Shown: one piece after another, positions 56,254 through 64,000 of the stretch
How positions within the stretch are numbered: the first letter of the stretch is position 1
How the letters are laid out: every line of letters starts with the position of its first letter
Assembly (NCBI GenBank): GCA_963674745.2
Contig: CAXXDV010000001.1
Location: forward strand, 2,176,001 to 2,240,000
From: Desulfosudaceae bacterium
GTDB lineage: Bacteria > Desulfobacterota > Desulfobacteria > Desulfobacterales > Desulfosudaceae
Direction of reading: 5' to 3'
Length of the DNA stretch: 64,000 bases
Program-made: the position numbers and the translations under genes
The notes under the pieces: generated by a model
Database searches by the model: none
Seen by the model: the letters and a program-made list of their open reading frames with translations, nothing else
Told to the model about the DNA's origin: nothing

Positions 56254-58074
56254 ATGTCTGAAGACCTTCAAAAACTGTTTTCAACCAAAAAAGTCTGTCA
56301 GCTTTTGATTAAAAAAAGCGTTATCACCAGGAAAACCGCCGAAGAAATTCTTAAAAACCAGGGCGATTACCGGGAGATGCTGGAAAAAAGAAGAAGCGCC
56401 CGCGCGACATCGGCACCCCCGGGAATACGGATCAACAATCCGGTAACCATAGTGGACATTATTGTCGCCATGAATCTGCCGAGGAGTGACCGGAATATCG
56501 GTCAGGTTGACGAGGAACTGATCTTTCAGCTTCTGGCCACCGAATGGGACATCCCTTTCAAGAAGATCGATCCGGTCAAGCTTGATATGGAACTGGTTAC
56601 CAATACGATCCCCCGCTCATTTGCCATGAATTATCTGGCGGTGCCGATTGATATTGAAAAGGACTGCCTGATTGTCGCCACCCCCAACCCGTTTAACCTG
56701 GAGGTGTTTAATGATATTGCCCGGGCGGTAAAACGAAAAGTCGTTCCGGTGGTCAGCACCAAGACCGATATTATCCGGACCATAAATGAATTTTTCGGGT
56801 TTAAAAAATCCATTGCCGCGGCCGCGGTCCAGTTTGAAGCCCCGGTAGTGGACCTGGGGAACCTGGAACAGTTTGTCAGCATGGCCGGTGATGATGAGCT
56901 GCCTTCCAATGACAGCCATATCGTCAATGCCGTAAACCATCTGTTCGCGTATGCTTTTGATCAGCGGGCCAGTGATATTCATATTGAGCCGAAACGGGAG
57001 ATCACCGAGATTCGTATGCGCATCGACGGTGTGCTTCATTCGGTTTACAAGATTCCCAAAAAAGTGCATTACGCCATTACCAGCCGGATTAAGAACATGG
57101 CCAGGATGGACATGGCGGAGAAAAGAAAACCCCAGGATGGCCGTATCAAGATAGAGCGTGGAAAAACCGAAGCTGAAATCCGTGTTTCGACGGTACCGGT
57201 TGCCTTTGGTGAAAAATGCGTCATGCGTGTCATGGATCCGGATATTCTGTTGCAGGATGTGGAAGGGCTGGGTTTTGCCAAAGACGAACTGTCCGCCTAT
57301 CAGCAGATTATTAATAAACCCAACGGTGTGTTGCTGGTCTGCGGTCCCACGGGCAGCGGCAAATCGACGACCCTGTATTCCACACTGCGATATCTGGCCA
57401 CCCCCGACGTCAATATCGTGACAGTCGAAGACCCGGTAGAAATGATACACGAACAGTTCAATCAGATATCGGTTCAGCCTGCCGCGGGCGTTACTTTCGG
57501 TTCTATTCTGCGGCATATTTTACGTCAGGACCCGGACATTATCATGATCGGTGAAATGCGGGACCTGGAAACAGCCCAAAATGCAATCCAGGCTTCTCTG
57601 ACCGGACATTTTGTCATGAGCACACTGCATACCAATGATGCACCGTCGGCCATTGTTCGGCTGCTGGACATGGGGGTTCAGCATTTTCTGATTCAGGCGG
57701 CCCTGGCCGGTGTCATGGCCCAGCGGCTGGTCAGAAGGGTGTGTGATAACTGTCGGGAGACGTTTGAAATCGATGCCGGTGAACTTGAAGCCATGGGCAT
57801 TCAGACCGGAAAGGCGGGTCCGGTCAGGCTTTATCAGGGAAAGGGCTGTACCAAATGCCGCTACACCGGCTATCGCGGCAGAATCGGCGTTTTTGAATTA
57901 ATGCCGTATACCGATGCCCTCCGGAAAGCCACGACCCTTCGTGCCGACTTACATAAGATAAGGCAGATCAGCAGGGACGAGGGGATGCATACCCTGCGGG
58001 AAGACGCCATCAGAAAGATGCTCAACGGTGATACCACCTACCAGGAGGTGCTTCGGGTGACCTGGGACTATTAA
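56254..58074 (+). CDS. GspE/PilB family secretion/pilus assembly ATPase
   Basis: ASDIHIEP, PQDGR, GPTGSGKSTT, EDPVE, RQDPD, STLHTN, tetracysteine motif. Confidence 0.93.
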   Translation: MSEDLQKLFSTKKVCQLLIKKSVITRKTAEEILKNQGDYREMLEKRRSARATSAPPGIRINNPVTIVDIIVAMNLPRSDRNIGQVDEELIFQLLATEWDIPFKKIDPVKLDMELVTNTIPRSFAMNYLAVPIDIEKDCLIVATPNPFNLEVFNDIARAVKRKVVPVVSTKTDIIRTINEFFGFKKSIAAAAVQFEAPVVDLGNLEQFVSMAGDDELPSNDSHIVNAVNHLFAYAFDQRASDIHIEPKREITEIRMRIDGVLHSVYKIPKKVHYAITSRIKNMARMDMAEKRKPQDGRIKIERGKTEAEIRVSTVPVAFGEKCVMRVMDPDILLQDVEGLGFAKDELSAYQQIINKPNGVLLVCGPTGSGKSTTLYSTLRYLATPDVNIVTVEDPVEMIHEQFNQISVQPAAGVTFGSILRHILRQDPDIIMIGEMRDLETAQNAIQASLTGHFVMSTLHTNDAPSAIVRLLDMGVQHFLIQAALAGVMAQRLVRRVCDNCRETFEIDAGELEAMGIQTGKAGPVRLYQGKGCTKCRYTGYRGRIGVFELMPYTDALRKATTLRADLHKIRQISRDEGMHTLREDAIRKMLNGDTTYQEVLRVTWDY

Positions 58075-58084
58075 GCGTTTTGGT

Positions 58085-59194
58085 TTACAGCACGCTTCTA
58101 AATAAAGCACCCTTGCGGATAGGTTCCGTTGACTTGGTTACGATGGCGGTCGAAGTCGTATTTTCTGTGACCAGGACCAGCAATTTTCCATAAACACTTT
58201 CGGCGAGATTGATTTTCTGTTTATTTCTTTCGTATGAATCCTGGTGATACACCTCATAACGTTGTCCGATTTTTACACCGTCTTTTTTTCCTTTATTGAG
58301 AAAAACAATCGTGTAGTCACTGGACATTTTAATATGATCTTGCGCCAGCAGTACTTTCCCGGATAACCCTTCCGGTGAGGGGACAATCGGAATTTCCTTG
58401 CTGCGTTTCTCCTGGGGCATTACAAGACATTCGGAACTGATGGTGTCAAGCGCTTTGGTTATTTTTGCCATCACATACTGCGGCTCAACAGAGGTAACTT
58501 CGGCAGTCGCAATGATCCGATACTGATATCCCACATATTCGTCCGTGTCGGGGTCTTTAATTTTTATCAGGGGTTTATATACGCTGAACAGCTCTCCGAT
58601 GACATAATCGCCGGTAATGGACTTGATATAAATCGTATCGTTTTGGCTTATCATGGTTTTTTTGGACCCCACGGCTTTGATAATAGTCCCTGCGGCCAGA
58701 GGGTCGTTAAGGACTTTTTTGATCATGCCTGTGGGGGGCGGGAGCTTTTTGATAAAATCAATGAAGGCGATTCCCGGATACAGAAAATAAACCGGTTTGG
58801 TAAGCGATGCCGAACCGATGTCTCCGGCGGTGGCAACAACCGGGGGGCCTTCAGGTCTTGAGCTTTCAGGCTCGAGCCCTTCGGCTTCATCTCCTTCAGG
58901 GCCGACGATGGCCTCTGTGCGTTGATGCAGCCGGATTTTCTGTCCCGGGCGTAACTCATGTGGGTTGGTGAGTTGTTCATTCTGCCCCCACATGGCCGGC
59001 CATTCCCATTCCGAGCCATAAAATTTTTTGGATAAGCCCCACAGGGTGTCCCCTTTTTGTACGGTATAGTAAAACCCCGGGGCGTATTCATTGTCATTTT
59101 GCTGGCTTCCTTCGGCAAAGGCCATGGAAGATATTAAGAAACAGACGGTCATTACGAAAACAATGGAGGGGATGATTGTTTTTTTGCCTGCCAT
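58085..59194 (-). CDS. Exported LysM peptidoglycan-binding protein
   Basis: Signal peptide; YTVQKGDTLWGLS...W..N..L.NPH.L.PGQ. Confidence 0.88.
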   Translation of the reverse strand: MAGKKTIIPSIVFVMTVCFLISSMAFAEGSQQNDNEYAPGFYYTVQKGDTLWGLSKKFYGSEWEWPAMWGQNEQLTNPHELRPGQKIRLHQRTEAIVGPEGDEAEGLEPESSRPEGPPVVATAGDIGSASLTKPVYFLYPGIAFIDFIKKLPPPTGMIKKVLNDPLAAGTIIKAVGSKKTMISQNDTIYIKSITGDYVIGELFSVYKPLIKIKDPDTDEYVGYQYRIIATAEVTSVEPQYVMAKITKALDTISSECLVMPQEKRSKEIPIVPSPEGLSGKVLLAQDHIKMSSDYTIVFLNKGKKDGVKIGQRYEVYHQDSYERNKQKINLAESVYGKLLVLVTENTTSTAIVTKSTEPIRKGALFRSVL

Positions 59195-59310
59195 AGCTCA
59201 CCTATTGCGTTTGGATTTGTTTTTTTGTATGAATCCCGAATGACTAACTTTATCGTCGACGAAATGTTTTTGTCAAGGACTTTAGTGTTTCAAAGGATTT
59301 AAAGCCCATA

Positions 59311-61035
59311 CTAATCCACCATGCTGGCGGCATCTCCTCCGGGAAGCCCCAGTTCCCAGGCGCGCAGTACGCGACGAAGCAGTTTGCCGCTACGGGTTCG
59401 GGGGAGATTGTCAATAAACGTAATTTCATCAATGCTGATGTCCGGCGCGATGGCCGCTTTTACGAACATTTTGATTTCGTGGTTCAGCCGACGGGAGGCG
59501 GGATAATCTTTTTTGATGATTACAAAGGCTTTTAACACCGAGGTGCCGGTTTCACGGTCTTTCCCCTTGGCGATAATCGCCGCCTCAACAACCGCCGGAT
59601 GCTGGCAGAGGACCTGCTCAATCTCAAACGGACCGACAGATCTGTTTTCACCGGTTTTAAGAATATCGTCGAGCCGACCCTGGTGATAAAAATAGCCTTC
59701 TTCGTCTTTTAAGGCGATATCACCGGTCAGAAACCAGCCGTTGATAAAATAGTCCTCAAAGCGTTGCCGGTCCTGCCACAACCCCTTCATCATACCGGGC
59801 CACCCGGTTTTCAGGGCCAGTTGCCCCAGGGAAAGAGAAGGCAGCTCCTCACCGTTGTCATCAAGCACGGTGGCAATGACACCCGGCAGCGGTTTGCCTA
59901 TGGCGCCGGGCTTGATGTCCAGGGCAGGTAGATTGGCCAGGCAGATAATGCCGGTTTCCGACATCCACCAGGTGTCATGAGGGCTGTTGCCGAGATGCTT
60001 TTTTACCCAGTAGAACAGATCCGGCATCAACGGTGAACCCACCGTGGCGATATGACACAGCGTGTCCAGATGATAACGTGCGGGCAGATCGTCTCCGGCC
60101 TCAATCAGTGTCCGGATGGTGTGCGGGGTTGTGTACCAGATCGATACCCGGTTTGTCTCCAGCGTGCGGTAACAGTTTGCCGCCGTAAAGGGCGTTTCGG
60201 AAACAACCGAGGTGACGCCGCACAACCAGGGCGCAAAGGCACCGTAAACCGTGCCGGTGACCCAGGCCGGGTCGGCATCCGTCCAGAGCACATCATCGTC
60301 AGACAGGTCCAGTGCCCACCTGGCCGAGGCGTACATACCGATCATGTCACCGTGACTGTGAATGATGCCTTTGGGCGGGCGGGTAGAGCCGGAGGTATAG
60401 ATAATGTACAGCGGCGTTTCCATGGGTACTTGCCGGGGCGCGGTGTCGACCGGCAGCGCATCCGGTTTGTCTTCGATAATAATTTCATTGCTGTGAGAGC
60501 CGGAACCGGCCGTTGTCAGAAAAACGGCGCCAATGGCAGTCGCGCTTTCCGATGGAATGGTTTCGACCAGATCCGGATTGGTCAGGATGCCCTTTGGGGA
60601 GATGTCGGCCAGACGGGTTTCCAGTTCATTATATCCGGAACTGGCGAACATCGGGCAGAAAATAATGCCGGCCCGGGCACAGGCGGCCATGGCAAAGAAG
60701 AACTCTCTGCAGGGCGGCAGAAAAATCATCAGGCGGTCGCCGACCGCAAAGCCGTTTCGGGTAAAAAAGGCCGCCCATTGAGCTGATTTGTTTCGCAGCT
60801 GCCGGTAAGAGAAGATGCTTACCTGTCCATTTTTTTCAAAGATCAGGGCCGGGTGATCGCATTTATCCGGGTGGTCTGCCCACTTGTCGATGGATTCAGC
60901 GATGATGTTGGTCGGAGATGCCGGGTTTAAGCCCAACTCGTTTTCAATGTCGGTCCAGTTAAATGATTGGCACACCTGTTCGTAATTGTTCAGGTTGGCG
61001 TTGGGGTTCTGGGCCGGTACCCGGGCTTTGATCAT
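59311..61035 (-). CDS. AMP-forming acyl-CoA synthetase, AcsA-like
   Basis: YTSGST.PPKG, DTWWMSETG, FLTGD, GRLDD, TRSGK. Confidence 0.88.
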   Translation of the reverse strand: MIKARVPAQNPNANLNNYEQVCQSFNWTDIENELGLNPASPTNIIAESIDKWADHPDKCDHPALIFEKNGQVSIFSYRQLRNKSAQWAAFFTRNGFAVGDRLMIFLPPCREFFFAMAACARAGIIFCPMFASSGYNELETRLADISPKGILTNPDLVETIPSESATAIGAVFLTTAGSGSHSNEIIIEDKPDALPVDTAPRQVPMETPLYIIYTSGSTRPPKGIIHSHGDMIGMYASARWALDLSDDDVLWTDADPAWVTGTVYGAFAPWLCGVTSVVSETPFTAANCYRTLETNRVSIWYTTPHTIRTLIEAGDDLPARYHLDTLCHIATVGSPLMPDLFYWVKKHLGNSPHDTWWMSETGIICLANLPALDIKPGAIGKPLPGVIATVLDDNGEELPSLSLGQLALKTGWPGMMKGLWQDRQRFEDYFINGWFLTGDIALKDEEGYFYHQGRLDDILKTGENRSVGPFEIEQVLCQHPAVVEAAIIAKGKDRETGTSVLKAFVIIKKDYPASRRLNHEIKMFVKAAIAPDISIDEITFIDNLPRTRSGKLLRRVLRAWELGLPGGDAASMVD

Positions 61036-62072
61036 GACAGGACTCCATATGGCTGATGCGTTGCGAACAGTTGCGCGACCAGATCGTTAACCGGTTCTGT
61101 GCCTGACGGAATCATATCTTCAACCCCGAATGGCGTCTCGGACGTCAGGGCTTCGAGTACGGCTTTGACCGAAGCGGCGTTGGCTCCGGGGTCATATCCG
61201 CCTTCCAGAGACAATAATATAGGAATGTTGCCGACGTTTTCGGCCAGCCGCCTGATCAGGGCGGTTAACATAAAATAAGTTCTTTCCGTCCAGACCGATC
61301 GGCCCAGGGGATCGTCCCTGTGGGCGTCAAAGCCTGCCGCGATCAGTATCAGGGAAGGGTTGTAATTGGTAAACAGCGGTGTCAGGACAGTCTGATACAG
61401 GCAGGCCACATCCTCGTCGACCAGTTTTCTGGGCAGGGGAATATTTATTGTAAATCCCTGTCCCTTACCTTCTCCAACGTCCGTGAAATCTCCGGAATAG
61501 GGAAACAGCATCAGGTCATGGGATGATAGATACAACACGTTGTCTTCCTGATAAAAGACATCATTCAAACCGTTGCCGTGATGAACGTCCCAGTCGATGA
61601 TCAGTATCCTTTCCGTCGCGTAATGTGCTTGGGCGTAACGGGCGGCAATGGCCAGGTTGTTGAACAGGCAGAAGCCGGTTGTGCGGTCAGGAAGGGCGTG
61701 ATGACCCGGTGGCCGGACCAGGGCGAAAAACGCCTGGCAGGTGCCCTGCATCAGATAGTCGATTCCCTGCATGCAGGCGCCGGCCGCCAGCCAGGCCGCC
61801 AGATAGGACTGACTGCTGACCGGCGTGTCCGGTGCCAGGCTGGTGAGTTTCTGCTCAGCGGTTTTGAGGATTTTTTTTACGTGGCCGGGCGAGTGAACCA
61901 GCTCAAGCTGGTCTAAAGCGGCCGGCTCCGGGGTTACCGCCAACAACGTTCCATCGAAAGAACGGTCGAGCATTCTGTAAATCGAGCTCAGCCGGGCCGG
62001 ACTTTCCGGATGGGCATGACCGGTTTTATGGTTTAAAAAACGGTCGTCCCTGGTCACGGCGATACGACGCAT
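61032..62072 (-). CDS. Histone deacetylase family (AcuC/AphA-like) Zn-dependent deacylase
   Basis: HPESPARL, RPPGHHA, GFCLFNN, DWDVHHGNG, AGFDAH, LEGGY. Confidence 0.92.
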   Translation of the reverse strand: MRRIAVTRDDRFLNHKTGHAHPESPARLSSIYRMLDRSFDGTLLAVTPEPAALDQLELVHSPGHVKKILKTAEQKLTSLAPDTPVSSQSYLAAWLAAGACMQGIDYLMQGTCQAFFALVRPPGHHALPDRTTGFCLFNNLAIAARYAQAHYATERILIIDWDVHHGNGLNDVFYQEDNVLYLSSHDLMLFPYSGDFTDVGEGKGQGFTINIPLPRKLVDEDVACLYQTVLTPLFTNYNPSLILIAAGFDAHRDDPLGRSVWTERTYFMLTALIRRLAENVGNIPILLSLEGGYDPGANAASVKAVLEALTSETPFGVEDMIPSGTEPVNDLVAQLFATHQPYGVLS

Positions 62073-62100
62073 ATCTGAATATCCTTGCCACAAACGCCGG

Positions 62101-63998
62101 TTACAGCGTGGAAATGTCAACTTTGTTCTCGATCAGTTTGTCGATGACCGATTCATCCGCAATGGTCGATGTGTCCCCCAGCTCATCCAGCTTATCGGCC
62201 GCGATCTTTTTCAGGATGCGGCGCATGATTTTACCGCTGCGGGTTTTGGGCAGCCCTTCCGCCCACTGGATAACATCGATGGTGGCGATCGGCCCGATTT
62301 CTTTGCGGACCAGGGAGACCAGTTCTTTTTTAAGTTCATTCGACGGTTCGCACCCGGTTTTGAGAATGACAAAGGCGTAAATACCCTGGCCTTTGATTGA
62401 ATGGGGAAATCCCACCACGGCGGCTTCAGCTATGTGGTCATGCAACACCAGGGCGGACTCCAGTTCGGCCGTGCCCAGGCGATGGCCGGATACGTTGATG
62501 ACGTCGTCGATTCGGCCGATGATCCAGAAATAGTCGTCTGCATCTTTTTTGGCGGCATCACCGGTGAAATACATGCCCGGGCCTGGCTGAAATAGGTGGA
62601 AATAAACCGTTCATGGTCGCCGAAAACCGTTCGGGCCATGCCCGGCCAGGGCTTGCGGATGCAGAGAAAGCCTTCTTCATCCGGGTGTTTGACTTCATCG
62701 CCGGCGTCATCGAGAATGATCGGGTCGACCCCGAAAAACGGAAAGGCGCAGGATCCCGGCTTGATCGGCGCCACCCCGGGCAGGGGGGTCAGCATGTGGC
62801 CGCCGGTTTCGGTCTGCCACCAGGTGTCGATAATGGGGCACCAGTCCCGGCCGATATGGTGGTGATACCAGCGCCATGCTTCGGGGTTGATGGGTTCGCC
62901 CACCGTTCCCAGCAGCCGCAGGCTGGACAGGTCGTGTTTTTTGACATGGCTTTCGCCTTCCTTGGCCAGGGCCCGGATGGCGGTCGGCGCGGTATAAAAT
63001 TTATTGACCCTGTATTTTTCCACAATGGCCCAGAAACGGTCAAAATCCGGATAGCTGGGTACTCCTTCAAACATGACGCTGGTAAATCCGTTGACCAGCG
63101 GTCCGTAGACAATATAGCTGTGTCCGGTGATCCAGCCGATATCCGCCGTGCACCAGAAGACATCTTCGGGTGTGAGGTCAAAAACATATTCCTGGGTCAT
63201 GGCCGTGTAGACCAGGTAGCCACCGTGAGTGTGAACGACGCCTTTGGGCTTGCCCGTGCTGCCACTGGTATAAAGGATAAACAGGGGGTCTTCGGCGTCC
63301 ATGGGCTCAGGCGCCACGTAATCGGGCAGGCCGGGTGCCGAAACGATTTCATGCCACCAGCATTCCCGTTCCGGGTCAAGAGCGATTCCGGCGTCGGTCC
63401 GATTGACGACGATGACTGATTTGACGTCGGGGCATTTTTTCAGGGCCGCGTCCACGTTGTTTTTCAGCGGCACCGGTTTTCCGGAGCGATAACCACCGTC
63501 GGCCGTGATAACCACTTTGGCACCGCAATCGCCAATGCGGTTGGCAATGGCTTCGGCGCTGAAACCGCCGAACACGACGCCGTGAATGGCCCCGATGCGG
63601 GCGCAGGCCAGCATGGCCACCGGCAGTTCGATGATCATGGGCAGGTAGATGATGACCCGGTCGCCTTTCTGAACGCCCTTTTCCTTCAGGGCCGCGGCAA
63701 AAGCGTTGACCTGCCGGTAAAGATCACCATAGGTGTAGGCTTTCGTCTCTTCGGGATTGTCGCCTTCCCAGTAATAGGCGATTTTTTCCGCAATTTTGTC
63801 CAGGTGACGATCCAGGCAGTTAAACGAGGCGTTGATTTTGCCGCCGCCGAACCATTCAATCTGCGCCTCGTTAAAATCATAACGCAGGACGGAATCCCAT
63901 TTTTTTTCCCAGGTCAGGTAGTGTTCGGCCTGTCGGGTCCAGAAAGTTTCCGGGCTGTCTATGGATTCCCGGTACATTTCCCGGTAGGCGTCTATTCC
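62101..63998 (-). CDS. acs: Acetyl-CoA synthetase (AMP-forming), 5' truncated by the window edge, -1 frameshift near 62579-62581
   Basis: [42 protein letters not shown]-terminal part ([28 protein letters not shown]) in another frame. Confidence 0.92.
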
Positions 63999-64000
63999 CT

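Noticed and set aside
56254..56400. MshEN c-di-GMP-binding motif in the PilB-like ATPase
   Set aside because: Spacing is similar, but the key RLG residues are absent (KVCQLL)
56617..57516. 299-aa minus-strand ORF
   Set aside because: Antisense shadow of the GspE/PilB gene
54727..63998. Programmed ribosomal frameshifting in PMM/PGM and acs
   Set aside because: No slippery heptamer; single indels in short homopolymers are more simply sequencing errors

Overview
A 64-kb chromosomal segment from an anaerobic, GC-rich Gram-negative bacterium. The gene content looks Desulfobacterota/Desulfobacterales-like, which is an inference. Housekeeping and common genes include queF, SEC-C-map, an Epd-type GAPDH, a ychF-like gene, lpxK, lptF/lptG, ridA, PMM/PGM, a PilB/GspE ATPase, acs, and a two-subunit ADP-forming acyl-CoA ligase. 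Four accessory modules stand out. (1) An intact IS110-family element (~12870-14416) whose 3' non-coding end folds into a two-loop RNA carrying short sequences that match its own ends and flank, i.e. a readable bridge/seek-RNA candidate. (2) A TetR-regulated operon encoding a glycyl-radical enzyme with an N-terminal SCP2-like (lipid-binding) extension, its activase and two reductases. (3) A COG1149/NifB-NifX/DUF134/Gly-rich protein cluster with a repeated palindromic operator. (4) A sigma54-driven operon encoding a Lys-rich 46-aa peptide, an atypical SpeD-like protein, a GNAT, an ATP-grasp ligase and a PLP decarboxylase, followed by a GNAT-nitrilase fusion; this may be an uncharacterised polyamine/peptide-conjugate pathway. 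Two genes (PMM/PGM and acs) carry single-base homopolymer frameshifts, probably sequencing errors. I saw no rRNA, tRNA or CRISPR array. All calls come from motif recognition by eye; no database searches were run.
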